The notes beneath the pieces were generated by a model that saw only the letters and a program-made list of their open reading frames with translations, was not told the DNA's origin and did no database searches. From Mobula hypostoma (taxonomy: Eukaryota), in the NCBI RefSeq assembly GCF_963921235.1, contig NC_086097.1, forward strand, positions 98,892,001 to 98,956,000: a DNA stretch of 64,000 bases. The letters are read 5' to 3'. Shown in pieces: positions 25,398 to 37,912 of this stretch (positions within the stretch are counted from its first letter, which is position 1; the number at the start of each line of letters is the position of its first letter). A program made the position numbers and the translations under genes.

Positions 25398-26226
25398 TTC
25401 CACGCACCAGCAGAAGCTGTTACTGTCTGCTTTTATGTTTTTCTTTAAGTTGCTCTCAAATTTTTTCCCTCCTTTTATCAACTTTCTGGTCAACTTTTGC
25501 TGAATTCTTACCGTTTCAGGCATTTTTTTTCTTCGATTTTCCTTAGATTTAATACGACCCTTCTCCTGAAATCCGTCCATTTGCTGAATTTTCCTCCGCC
25601 TGTGAGGTGCTGAGAGATTGCACGACTGGGGACCCGGTTGCTGCAATACTGCAGCACGGAGTGGGGAGGAGGGTGGGGCTGCTGATGAGTGTCAGTGTCA
25701 CTCTGACCTTCCTGCACTGCTGACCCCCCCCCAGGACTGACCCAGGCTGCCGCAGGAGGGGGAATATCTGAAGCGTGCAACACTAATTTACTGAGGCCAG
25801 CGAGGTGATTGATCCTTCACTCTAAAGAATTACTTCCTTTCTTATCCACTCTCCGGGATGCTGATAGATCCCACTAGTCTTACGCAGCCCGATCTAAATT
25901 GTTGGGATTTATTTGTTGCTAGATTGCAGTATGGTAGAAAATCTACAATGGATGAGGCTGTTTGGCCCATGGTACCTGTGCTGGTCAATGAGAAGCTAAG
26001 CCCACCTTCTGGCACTGGACCTATGGCCCTGCAGGTCACAGCTGCTCAGGCACTGTGGGCTTCTGCTAGGTCCACCTGCCCTAGAGCCCCACCACCCTGA
26101 ACAGCTGCCCGTGGCCGCCAATGCCAGAGGTCACTGTGTACTCTCTGACCCTTGTTCTGAAACAAGGAGAGCCCCAGCAATTTCTGTCTCTCTGCATGAC
26201 CCTTCCATGTCTCTCCCTGTTCCCAG

Positions 26227-26331
26227 CATGCCCATGCCCTGGAATGCCTGAAGGATCATTTGTATGAAGGGGCCCGAGCTCTGGACGTGGGATCAGGGAG
26301 TGGCTACCTGGCAGCATGCATGGCTCGGATG
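26227..26331 (+). CDS. pcmtl: PIMT exon 4 ([35 protein letters not shown]), SAM-binding motif I
   Basis: ttcccag|...|gtgagt, 105 bp, phase 0 to 0; LDVGSGSG motif. Confidence 0.95.
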
Positions 26332-27787
26332 GTGAGTAAAGGCCTTTGACCACAAAATCACAGTCATCGCTTGTCTGGGTCCTCTGGCCCTGCTCCTGTA
26401 AACACTAGCAACAAAGCCGGACAATGCAGGAGAAGTAAAAGATAATATTTCAAGTCAAAGGCTCTTCAGTAGAACTGGGGAGGAAAGAAGAGAGGCTTTT
26501 TCATCTACAGGGAGGGGCAGGGAGCACTGGAGTCTCTTATAAACTACAACTAGGGTGACCCTGGGGATAAGATGTAAATAAGATCATCTGGTCAGTGAGA
26601 GATTGGGAGCGGTGGAGAGTGAAAACATGAACAAAAGAACATAGATGGAGAATGTAGGGATTGTGAAATGCAGAGTAGGAAGACATGCCCAGCAGCTCAG
26701 GTTGGGCATGGCCTCTATTCCCCAAAAAAAAAACAAGTTGAGCCAATATCACAGATGGACAACTCATAAAGCTGAAGAGAAATCACATAGGCTGAAATTC
26801 AATATTGAATCCCCTTTCTGTTCCATTTTTCCCCCCTCTGGGAGTTGAGGATGTGCCCAGCCTGGTCTGTTGTGCCTGTCTTCCTGCTCTGTGATTCACA
26901 GCTTGTCCATGTCCTCACAGTCCAATCACTTACTAAACAGATAACCCCCTTCACAGCCGATCCCAGTTTTACCTCATCAGAAACATCACACGTCCTGCAG
27001 CTGAACAAGCTTCCTTTCTCTCCTTCCCAGCTCTATGTTTATTATTTTAGATTTTCAGCATACTCACTGTTTTTGACTTTTACCATTTTGTCATTCACTT
27101 TGGGAAATTTTCATTTGTTACTGGAGTGAACCCTGGATGGACTGGCATACCGGAGGCACACGATGGTCACATCTTCACACACGCTTCAGTGCCTAGTTCA
27201 CTGGTTGTATAGCCTGGTTGCAGCTCCAGGGAGAGGGAAAGAAACTGGCCTCACTCTGTGACCAGCGGGGTCTTTCAGGGGAGGAGGGGATCAAGGTTAA
27301 CTCTACTTGGGTTTGGTTCTGTCAGTGTCTTCTGGTTGTGGGGATGGTGTGTGGAATGGAGTCTGTCTCTGGGATCGCCATGGGGGAGAGATTTAAGGAC
27401 TAATGGGGTGGGTGTGTACCATGGAGACAGCTTCTCAGAATGGGCGTGTGAAGGTGTAACAGGGGGGTGGGATGTCGGTGTGGTGTGGGGAGTGCCTTGT
27501 CTCTGTATCAATGGAGACGGACCATGGTGGGTGACAGGGCGGAGTGGTGTGAGTGGCTGGAGAGGGCCTGTCGGGGTGGGTGGGCGAGTGTAAGGCAGGA
27601 GGGGTCAAGGGAGTGGTCCTTTTGACAGGACAGGGTGCTCTGTGTACTGGGGTGGTGTGGGGACGCGTGGTTCAGAGTGTGGTGGGATGGGGGACAGGGT
27701 TGTGGAGGTGACCCTTGGGGTTTTGGTTGGTTGGGGCACGATGACATGGAACTCTGCTGATGAAGGCATTCCTCTCTCTGTTGACAG

Positions 27788-27908
27788 GTGGGCCCCTCTG
27801 GGCTGGTGGTGGGAGTCGATCACATCCGCCAACTGGTGGAACAGTCCATCAGCAACATTCGGGCGGATGACCCGTCCCTGCTGGCCGCAGACAGGCTGAA
27901 GCTGATCG
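27788..27908 (+). CDS. pcmtl: PIMT exon 5 (VGPSGLVVGVDHIRQLVEQSISNIRADDPSLLAADRLKLI)
   Basis: ttgacag|...|gtactg, 121 bp; matches PCMT1 VG..GKVIGIDHIKELV...DDP.LL. Confidence 0.95.
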
Positions 27909-28056
27909 GTACTGAGGGGAGAGGCAGGAGGAGCTAAAGGGAGGGCGGGTGCTTGGCAAGGCTGCTGGTTGCGGCAGGGAGCGGAGCAGGGCTGACAGGA
28001 ATGAGAACTGGTGCCTCGTCCTCTGCCCTTACTGAGGCCTCCACTTTCCCTTCCAG

Positions 28057-28142
28057 TGGGAGACGGCCGCCTCGGATACGAGGAGGACGCACCCTACGAC
28101 GCCATTCACGTGGGCGCGGCTGCGGCCATCGTTCCTGAGGAG
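28057..28142 (+). CDS. pcmtl: PIMT exon 6 ([29 protein letters not shown]), motif II
   Basis: ttccag|...|gtaaga, 86 bp; [12 protein letters not shown]. Confidence 0.96.
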
Positions 28143-28726
28143 GTAAGACAGCTTGTCCACCCTAACCCTCTGCACTGGGCTGCAGGCCAACCTGTACAGG
28201 GCATGAGAACCAAGGGGGAGCTGCAAACACAGAGGGAGCCAGGGCTTTGTGCCGGGCTGCAGTGTGGGAAGTTGGGAGTTGTCAGCAGACAAGCTTGGTT
28301 CACGTTCTCTGGCCAGCATTATTCTTGCAGGAAATGAGCTACAGGTCACTCCTTTCAATGGGTTGGATCTGGTTAAGTGGCCATTGCTGAATCTTCCAAA
28401 TAACAATAGGACTGGGACTTGTCCCCTTCAAGCCTGTTTTACCGATTATGGCTGATCTGTCCTGACCTTAATTCCTTGTCTATGTCAAATCCCTGATCTT
28501 CAAAAGTTTACCTATCTCTTCTTTAAACTTACCTGCCCCCGTGATTCAACCTCCACAGTACTGAGGTAGATAATTCAAGATATTCACCCGCTTCTGTGAG
28601 AAAGGTACCTTCCTGGCTGGCAGTTGCTGACTTCCTAATGTGATGAAGTGCACTGCACAAGCACCTCATTCTGTGACCTGGCACCACTCAGACCAGGTGT
28701 CGGCGGGGGAGATGGGATAGTATTCA

Positions 28727-28790
28727 AGCAACACACACAACTTTTATGTGTGTTGCTTGAATTTCCAGCATCTGCAGAATTCCTGTTGTT
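28727..28790. mobile_element. Minimal Penelope-derived insert with a short terminal hairpin
   Basis: caacacaca...tgtgtgttg hairpin followed by aatttccagcatctgcagaattcc; TSD-like tgggat(a/g)gtattca on both sides. Confidence 0.6.
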
Positions 28791-29805
28791 TGGGATGGTA
28801 TTCAGGAAGGTGGGAATAGTGAAGGCATTTAGAATGGGGTCCTGGGCCAGGACAAAGAGTCACAGAGTGGGGACAGATTTTGGGTTTGGCAGAGGTAGAG
28901 AAACCTCTGAGACTGGGGTTCTTGGTTGGTAATTAAGTCATCAGCATTGCCGTGGGTTCCGTGATATGCACCCGGTGAAATGGATATCCTCATTAACGAG
29001 GGAGTGTGTTGGGGTGCCAGGCTTGTGGTCAGCACCTGGGCTGTGCAGACAGATACCTGCGTCAGGTGAGTTTACCACTTGCTCCAGTTCCCACTGAGGC
29101 AGCTGCCATGCTGGTGCTGAAGATCGATCCTTGTTAACGAGCTCTTCCATGTTCAACAACCAAAGAACTGCAGTACATTTCAGAGTAATGTGCTACTTGG
29201 TGTGAGAGTATTCAAGTGGAACTGCCCTGGTCCTGGGTGGTGGAAATGCAGTTTTATTGTGCCTGTCAGTGCTGATGATCATAAATGCATTAGCAATTCA
29301 CGAACTGCTTCTTCAGTGGTTCGGATCTACCTCACAACAGAAGTCTTTAATGATCTTAGAACTGTTCTCATCACTGCCAGGTAAATTATATCCCAAAGAG
29401 TTAAAAGAAATCAGGGAGGAAATTGCAGAGACCCTGATGGTGTTTCTGTCCTCTCTGGTACCAGAGATCAGAGGGTTGTTGGTGTTGTCTCATTGTTCAG
29501 TGGAGGAGGAATGGATGAACCAAATACTTACCGGCCAGTTAGTTTAACTAGTGGAAGCCATTCTTGAAGAGACATACTTCACAGAAATGGGCCCCAAGAC
29601 CCACTGAGTCACTTAATCCCCATTTTTTTATTCTCCATATTCCTGTCAACTCCCTCCAGATTCTGCCACTTTTCTACAGACTGGGGGCAAGCCTGACAAC
29701 CTGCTGTCTTTAGGACGAGGGATTGGTCACTTGAGGGGAGTGTGCAAACTGTCCACGTAGACAGTGACCGAGGTCAGGATTAAACCTGCAGGGTCACTTG
29801 GGGCT

Positions 29806-29965
29806 GCAAACACGAGGAAATCTGCAGATGTTGGAATTTCAAGCAATAAAGATTGCTGGTGGAACGCAGCAGGCCAGGCAGCATCTATAGGAGGAGGTAC
29901 AGTCGACATTACCTTTTCCTGTAGATGCTGCCTGGCCTGTTGCGTTCACCAGCAATTTTTATGTG
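29806..29965. mobile_element. Palindromic Penelope-derived fragment
   Basis: tgctggtggaacgcagcaggccaggcagcatcta ... tagatgctgcctggcctg..gcgttcaccagca; same family as 8017-8933. Confidence 0.65.
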
Positions 29966-30085
29966 GGTCACTTGAGAGTGTGCAAACTGTCCACACAGAC
30001 AGTGACCGAGGTCAGCATTAAACCTGGGTCTTTGGCACTGTGAGGCAGTGGCTCAAGCAGCTGTGTGTTTTCACTCTGCTGTTCT

Positions 30086-30633
30086 AAGCTTCTACGGTTT
30101 GAAGTGATTTGGCATGTCAACAAATACACTCAAAAGCTTCTATAGTTGTACTGTGGAGAGCATTCTGACAGGCTGCATCACTGTCTGGTATGGAGGGGCT
30201 ACTGCACAGGACCGAAAGAAGCTGCAGAAGGTTGTAAATCTAGTCAGCTCCATCTTGGGTACTAGTCTACAAAGTACCCAGAAAATCTTCAGGGAGCAGT
30301 GTCTCAGAAAGGCAGCGTCCATTATTAAGGACCTCTAGCACCCAGGGCGTGCCCTTTTCCCACTGTTACCATCAGGTAGGAGGTACAGAAGCCTGAAGGC
30401 ACACACTCAGTGATTCAGGAACAGCTTCTTCCTCTCTGCCATTGAACCCGAGCACTACCTCGCTTTTTTAATATATATTATTTCTGCTTTTTGCATGATT
30501 TCTAATCTATTCAAAATACATATTTTGTAATTTATTTATTTTTCTTCTGTATTATGTGTTGCATTGAACTGCTGCTGCTAAGTTAACAAATTTCATGACA
30601 CATGCCGGTTATAATAAACCTGATTCTGATTCT
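30086..30633 (+). mobile_element. L2-clade LINE 3' fragment
   Basis: ORF LKSFYSCTVESILTGCITVWYG...KAASIIKD; tail aataaacc(tgattc)n. Confidence 0.8.
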
Positions 30634-30995
30634 GTAAACTTTCATTCATAAAAGCACAGATTGATCAGCATTGGACATCACAGACTTGTTAGGGAAGGTC
30701 ATGTCCAATTGATCGAATTCTTGGAGGAAGCGACTAGGATGGTCACTGAGAGTGGTGCCTTTAATGCAGTCACTGTGGACAGAAGTAAAAAGAGTAATGG
30801 CTGAAAATACTCTGTGGTCTAGATAATATTGTTGAACAATTAACAGAGTAAAAATATTAGATCAATAGCCTTCCCACCATTGAGCACATAATGCACAGGG
30901 TGCTGTGGTAGGAAAGCAGCATTCATCATCAGGGACCCCAACATCCAGGTCATGCTCTCCTCTTGCTGTTGCTATCAGGAATGAGGTACAGGAGC

Positions 30996-31165
30996 AACAC
31001 ACATCAAAGTTGCTGGTGAACGCAGCAGGCCAGGCAGCATCTCTAGGAAGAGGTAGTCGACGTGTCGGGCCGAGACCCTTCGTCCTGATGCTGCCTGGCC
31101 TGCGTTCACCAGCAACTTTGATGTGTGTTGCGTAAATTTCCAGCATCTGCAGAATTCCACATGTA
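30996..31165. mobile_element. Palindromic Penelope-derived insert with 12-bp TSD
   Basis: Inverted arms caacacacatcaaagttgctggtgaacgcag / ctgcgttcaccagcaactttgatgtgtgttg; TSD aggtacaggagc at 30984-30995 and 31166-31177. Confidence 0.75.
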
Positions 31166-32649
31166 AGGTACAGGAGCCTCAGGACTCACACCACCATGTT
31201 CAGGAACAGTTATTACCCCTCAACTATCAAGCTGTTGAACCAGAGGGGATAACTTCACTTGCTCCATCACTGAACTGTTCTCACAACCAGTGGACTCACT
31301 TTCAAGGACTCTTGATCTCATGTTCTCAATGTTTATTGTTTATTTATTTATTGTTATTAGTGTTGCTTTCTTTCTGTATTTGCACAGTTTGTTGTCTTTT
31401 GCACACTGATTGAACGCCCGAGCTGGTGAGGTCTTTCGTTGAATGTATTATGATTATTATTCTATTAGGGATTTATGGAGTATGCCCTCAAGAAAATGAA
31501 TCTCATGGTGGTATATGGTGACATATATGTACTTTGATAATAAATTTAGTTTGAGCTCTATCAGAAGTCTATAATGTATAATATGTAGATCTAAACGTAG
31601 GGGCATAATAAAAAATTGGTAATAGAGTTTTATATGGTAGGAGTTTGTATGATAGGTTGGTCATCTGGCAGAAAGCTGGCCAATGGAATTTCACCCAGAG
31701 AAATACGAGGTGACCCATTCAAGGAGGGTCTATACAGCAAGGGTTCTGTGTACATCCAGGTCCTGAAAGGCAGCAGAGCAGGTCCACATAGTGGTCAAGG
31801 GGGTACATCCTCGAAGATATTTTAGATCAGCCAATGGGTAAGATGTAAGAGCAGGAAGTTATTCTTGGACTGTATGCAGTGCTAGGTGGGTCACCGCATG
31901 AGAAATCCATATAGTTCTGGTACTGACCTTACAGGGAAAGTGTGACTACACTGGAGAGGGTGCAGGTTTACAACCATGTTGTCCTGGAGTCGTGTCGCAC
32001 TCAACATGCTCTTTGGCTCACTATCAGTTACCCAGCTGCACAAATCCTTTCTGCCAGCACTTGACCTGTAGCTTTCTCTGTCTTGTCAATTTAATTTTGT
32101 TTGGATACTTCAATATTGTGAGGGTCTCCGCTTTCAGCTCATGCAGTATGTTGCAAATTCTAATCACATCTTGGGTGAAAAATCTTCTTCCTCAGATACC
32201 CTTCTAACCCTCTGCCCCGTACCTTAAACCCCTGCCCTCTGGTTTTAGGCAGGGATTGTTTTCTCTGGAACAGGAGATGCTGAGGGGAGGCTTGACCTGG
32301 GTATATAAAATAGATAGAGGATCAGAAAGCAGGAGGCAGAGAATTGAACGAGCTGGTAGAAAGATCAAAGGGGAGACGAGGAAGGTGTTTTCCCTGGAGG
32401 GTGCAGGGGTCTGGAGCTCTGAAAGGATGTTGATGCAGAAAACCTCAGCCTGTTTAGATGTGGAGTTGAAGAGCTGGGACCTGCAAGGATGCAGATACAG
32501 TGTTAGAAGTGGGGTTAAGCTAGGTCTCTTTTCATCAAATGGCATAGATAAGATTGGCATCCTAATTTTCCATGGTGCCAAGTGAAGACAGTAGGGGTGG
32601 GGGGCACAGCTCTTCACCCACACAGCTCTTCCCCTTCTCTCCCCCACAG

Positions 32650-32819
32650 TTGTTACAACAGCTGAAGCCTGGTGGTCGGCTGGTCATTCCTGTCGGTGGG
32701 AGAGACAGCCGCCAATTACTGGAGCAGTACGACAAGGCAATGGATGGCAACATCACCCACACACCTCTGATGGAAGTGATTTACGTGCCACTGACTGACC
32801 GTGAGAGCCAGTGGAGTGG
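32650..32819 (+). CDS. pcmtl: PIMT exon 7 ([17 protein letters not shown]...[18 protein letters not shown]), motif III; read-through ends at TAG 32821-32823
   Basis: cccacag| acceptor; LKPGGRL and YVPLTD motifs; donor GG|gtaggt at 32820, 170 bp. Confidence 0.95.
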
Positions 32820-33172
32820 GTAGGTGAACTCTCGGGAGAGGTGCTCCAATGAAGGTACACAGCATCGGGTAAGGTTAGTGGTGTGAGTGTGTCTGTCTGC
32901 TGAGGGAAGGGTGTGTGTATGAGTGGGGGTGTCATGGGATCTGAAATGCATGTTGGTGATTGTTTACATGGGCATGCTGTGGCCGTGTGGAGAGGTATGG
33001 TTGGAATGGGGTGTTGAATACTGGTCGCCCATGGTGGCGTACGTGTGTGTGCAATGCACATCATGTTGGGAAGATAGAGAGAATGCTTTGTTGGCAGGAG
33101 GTGCGTGTGAAACCTTTGTAAAGGTGCATCCCCTTCCCTGCCCATCACTAATTGTTTTCTGCCTTTGAACAG

Positions 33173-33185
33173 ACGTGAACTGTGA
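33173..33185 (+). CDS. pcmtl: PIMT terminal exon 8 coding part, completing ...QWSG-REL*
   Basis: Branch-like cactaat and ttttctgcctttgaacag|A CGT GAA CTG TGA; in frame with the exon 7 donor and positionally equal to the mammalian PCMT1 -RDEL exon. Confidence 0.85.
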
Positions 33186-33386
33186 CATCCCTACACCTGA
33201 TTTTTAGCAAGACAAGGACAACTCGTGTGTTAAACTCAGCCAGTGCCTCACGACAGACTTCTGACTCTCCGTGGAAACGTTGGAACATGGGCAACATCTG
33301 GGCTGGTGAAGGATACACGTTTTCCACATAGCGAAGCAGATTTAATGGGATAATCTGAATGTATTGGTGTGCAGTGTGGAATCGGG

Positions 33387-33392
33387 AATAAA
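33387..33392 (+). promoter_or_regulatory. Probable polyadenylation signal of the PIMT gene
   Basis: AATAAA about 200 nt after the stop, followed by GT-rich gtgtgtcgtcctttggt. Confidence 0.6.
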
Positions 33393-33649
33393 GCACCCTA
33401 GACAACTCTGAAACCGAGTGTGTCGTCCTTTGGTCAGAGCAGTAAATGCCCCCTTTGTACCCATGTTGAAAGGGTTAACTCATTATGTGGTTTCAGTGCA
33501 TGGAGGAACATCAGCTACTGTAAAAGGTAGCCATTTATTTTATCCAGAAGTTTCCAAGGAGGTCGTTACAAGGCTGGCTCATTGACAGAATAGGGTGTGA
33601 GAATCTGCTGTGGAATCCTGATGTTTCAAATGATGAGATAGCTTTCCAC

Positions 33650-34790
33650 GTATAGTAAATCAAACATAAAAAAGGATATTAAGGTAAAGGAACCCTTAGG
33701 ATACATTGACCTAAATATGATAGAATTCACCTTGCAATTTAAGAGGAAGTAGCTTAAGATTGGATATATTGGTATCACAGTTGAGTAAATGTAACTACGA
33801 AGCCATAAGGGAGGAGCTGGCCAAATTTGATTGGAAGGGGACCCTAGCAGAGATGTTGGTCGGGCAGCAATGGCTGGAGTTTCTGCAAGCAATTTGGAAG
33901 GTGCAGGACAGATACATCCCAAAGATGAAGTCTTCTAAAGAGAGGATGATGCAACTGTGGCTGACAAGGGGAAGTCAAAGCATAAGATCAAAAAAGAGGG
34001 CATACTATAGTAAAAAATAGTGGGAAGCTAGAGGATTGGGGAGATTTTAAATAAAATAACAGAAGGCAACTAGGGCAATAAAGGGAGAAAAGATGAAATA
34101 TGAAGCTAAGCTAGCTAATAATATAAAAGATTATACCAAAAGTTTCAGGTATATAAAGAGAGCAAAGAGTGAATATTGGATCACTGGACAATGAAGCTGG
34201 AGAAGTAGTAATGGAGAAACAAAGAAATAGAGGATGAACTGAACAAGTATTTTGTGGCAATTTTCTCTGTCGAGGACACCAGTAGCATGCCAGAAATTTG
34301 AATGTCAAGGGCAGAAGTGAGTGTAGTTGCTATCAATGAAGAGAAGATGATTGGGAAGCTGAAAGGTCTGGAGGTAGATGTGTCACCCTGACCATATAGA
34401 CTACACCTCAGGATTCTGAAAAAAGCTGAAGAGATTCTGGAGGCATTAGTAATGATCTTACTATGTATCACCCAACTCTGACATGGTCCTGGAGGACTGA
34501 AAGACTGCAAATATCACTCCACTCTTTAAGAAGAGAAGGAGGCGAAAGACAGAAAATTTAAGTCAGTTAGCCTGACTTCAGTGGTGGCAAGATGGTGGAG
34601 TCCATTATGAATGATGAAGTTTCAGGGTACCTGGTGGCACAGGACAAAATAGGCCAAAGTCAGCATGTTTTCCTTTAGGGGAAACCTTGGCTGACAATTC
34701 TGTTGGAATTCTTGGAGGAAATAACAGGAAGACAGGCAAAGGAGAGTCAGTGGACACTGTTAACTTGGATTTTCAGGAGGCCTTCACTGA
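33650..34790 (+). mobile_element. Decayed CR1 LINE fragment (intergenic)
   Basis: IREELAKFDWK...QQWLEF and VNLDFQEAF fragments. Confidence 0.8.
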
Positions 34791-35084
34791 TCCAATTTAC
34801 CACATTTTCATCCAGATCATTGATATAGATGACAAACAGCACTTAGAACTGTGGAATATTAGGATGCAGGAGGCAATCTGGCCAATCATATCTATGCATT
34901 TTATAAAAAGAGAGCTATCTTAATCTCTCTTCTAAAACTGTATATGTATCCTTGCAAGTCCAAGGTCTTCAACTCCACATCTAAACATGCTGAGGGTTTC
35001 TGCCTCAATGCCTTTTCAGAGTTCCAGGCCCCAACACCCCCTGGGGAAAACATCTGTGCAAATTTTGTATGCACTTTACCAGCT

Positions 35085-35455
35085 CACCACAGATCCCACA
35101 TGACCTAATCTCCTGGATCAGCCTACTATGAAGGAACTTGTTAAATGCTTTACTAAAGTCCATGAAGAGGACATCATTGCCCTATCCTCATCAATCATCT
35201 TCACCATCTCTTCAAAAAACTCAATCAAATTTGTGAGACAGAATCTCCCCTGCACAAAACTATGCTAACCTTCCTTGATAAGTCCATGCTTTTCCAAATA
35301 TAAGAATGCCCTGTCCATACAAATCTTTTCCAATAATTTCCCTAACACTGATGCAAGGCTCACTAGCCTTTAATTTCCTGGAATATTCCTATAGCTCTTA
35401 TTAAAATAAAGGAATAGCAATGGCTATCCTCCAGTCATTTGGGACCTCGCTTGTG
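35085..35455 (-). mobile_element. Decayed CR1 RT fragment
   Basis: Reverse complement resembles the QHG...DFSKAF.KVP region. Confidence 0.55.
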
Positions 35456-37688
35456 ACTGAGGCCTAAGATCCTTCCTTACCTCCCTGATCAGGGACAGTA
35501 TGAGGTATCAGTCAAGTAAACTTCTGAACTGCTTGCAATAAATTGACATCATTTCTTAGATAAGAGGACTAATACTGTACACAGTAATCCACATGTCTCA
35601 CCAGTACCCTATGTAACCTTCTTACCTTTTTATTCAATAAACATTAACAAGGTGAGAGTTCCTAATTATGTGTACTATCCACATATTAGACTTCTGTGAA
35701 TCTTTCACACCCAGATCCTTCTGCAATTTCTCATCAATGTCACTTTTCCACCGTGATGGACAATTCATAGTTCCCCATATTTTTCTTTCATACTTAACCT
35801 ATCTAAATTCTTTGTTGTCCCCTTGCATCCTCCTCACAACATGTTCCCTTTTCATCAACAGCAAATTTAGCAACTGTTCTTAAGATGAAAAAAAGTGCAG
35901 CAAATATTCAGCAGGTCAGGCCACATCCGTGGAAAGAAACAGACTTAACATTTCGGGATGAAGATCAGTTCTGAAGAGGAGTCCAAAACATTTAACTCAA
36001 TTTCTCTTCCCACTCATATAGCCTGCTGAGTGTTTCTAGCATTTTCTGTTTTTATTTTAAATATCTGGCACCTGCAGTCTTCTGATTTTCACTATAGCAA
36101 CCATAAACAAGGCAATTATATAAATTGTTCAAAGGCAAAGCCCCGGCATCAGTCTTATACCACAGCGCACATTGCATCTTCCCAACTAGAGATAGCTGCT
36201 CTGTTTCCTGTTAACTGTCAATCTTCTGTACGTACCAGTGTGTTATCTTCTACTTTGTACTTCCACTTTCCTCAACAAGCTTTAATTCAGCACCTTGTCG
36301 AATACCTTCCAGTAATCACAAGTTCCCATTATCCATAACACTTGTTGCTTCTTCAAAGAACAACATCCCTTCACTGGAAGGAGGAAGCTAGAACAGCACA
36401 AACAATTCCATGCAAAACTCATTTTTAATTTTTAAAATTTTGACAATGAGAGAATGACATTGCTTGATACCGGGGGCTTGGCCTGGTTAAAACAGTCAAT
36501 CGAAGTTTACTGTCTCAGGTAAGCATCTAGCTGTCACCGTTCCCCAGAGGTACAGGAGGCTGATAGTCCTCTGAAGCACCCACCTGAACCGTTCCCACTC
36601 TAGTAAAAACTGATATGTGGCTGTCTAACCACAGGCTGTGTGAAGTCCAGCAGGAATGGGATTTCTTCCTGCTAGCCCATGGGAAGAGTTAACCTTGCAT
36701 GGGGATTAAGCAGCCATATTCCAATTTACAGGACACTGCAGATTAATTCACTTCTTTCATCTTCAAGTTGAACAATGCAGCATGCACCAAAGTGAACTGA
36801 CCCAGAGGCAGAACCTGTCTACATTTCAATTATGTCCCTATATTCCAAAGCAGCAATAATTTCACAATTAGTTTTGGAAAACATTACCCAAATCAACATG
36901 TTGATGGGGATCAGACAGAAAGCAGATCAGACATAAGACAGGAGGAGGAGTAGGTCAGCAGCTCTTCAGATTCGCCCTCCCATTCAATAAGATCCATAAC
37001 CCATTCCCATCCATTTTCTAGACTTCTTTTGTATCCAAGAATTTAATGACTATAGTGATCAGCAACCAAAGAATGACAAAGATTTACAATCTCTCTTTTC
37101 TCATTGCAGAAACCTCAACCCCTAATTGCAGACCTGTCAGGAGCTTGAGTTTATTGAGGTGAGTTTTCATTGATCTAAAAGACAGCGAATATGGGTCAGA
37201 CTCATTTGTTCTCTCCTCATGGAGCTAATGCAGCACTATTTTCTTCCTTTTGTAGAGGCCAGAACCACACAATATGTCTGGTGTGAGCTCACCAGGTACC
37301 TGTGCAATTGTAGCAAGCATTCAAATCCCTTGCAGTGAAAGGGAATGTTATATTTGCCTTCTCTATTGCCTGGTGAACCAGGGTATCAATATTTACAAGC
37401 TTCTTAGTTGATAATTACAAAAGATGGAAAAAAAACATCCATTTCACCACACACTTATCTAGATTTGATTTTGTGATTTGGAATGGATCTTCCATTCATC
37501 TCTTTGCTTTATTTTCATCAAGTTCACCCATCACTAGCTTTGGAGAGAGCTAACCCGCAGAGCCAGGTGGACACATTTACAACACAGGCTCCATATTGAT
37601 CACCTGCCATGCCCAGGTGAAATCTGGCCCTGCGCAAATCCCAATTAAATATATTACAGTCAAAGAATGAGACAGGGGTATCTTCAAG

Positions 37689-37912
37689 TTACTTCTTTCC
37701 AAAGAAGTTCTTGAAGATGTTTTTCTTCTTCTTCTTGCCCTCAGTGTCCATGTTTTGTGTCTGGTCCAATGCTGGTGTGCTGCTCTCTGCCTCCACCGAC
37801 TCTGAGCCCCAGGTCTTCCTCCGGTTGTCATTCAACTCTCGATTTTTGGAGCCACTGGGCTCCCTGTACTCCACCCGCAGGTCAGGGGTACTTCCCAGGG
37901 TCTTGCTACTAC
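37689..37912 (-). CDS. SPTBN5: Beta-V-type spectrin, last coding exon (SSKTLGSTPDLRVEY...GKKKKKNIFKNFFGKK*)
   Basis: Acceptor tcttacacccattag|, phase 1, stop TAA at 37689-37691; in frame with the upstream exon chain. Confidence 0.75.

Noticed and set aside
33185..37689. Functional link between PIMT and spectrin (membrane-skeleton proteins are known PIMT substrates)
   Set aside because: Adjacency of convergent vertebrate genes does not imply shared function, and no overlap of their 3' ends is evident.
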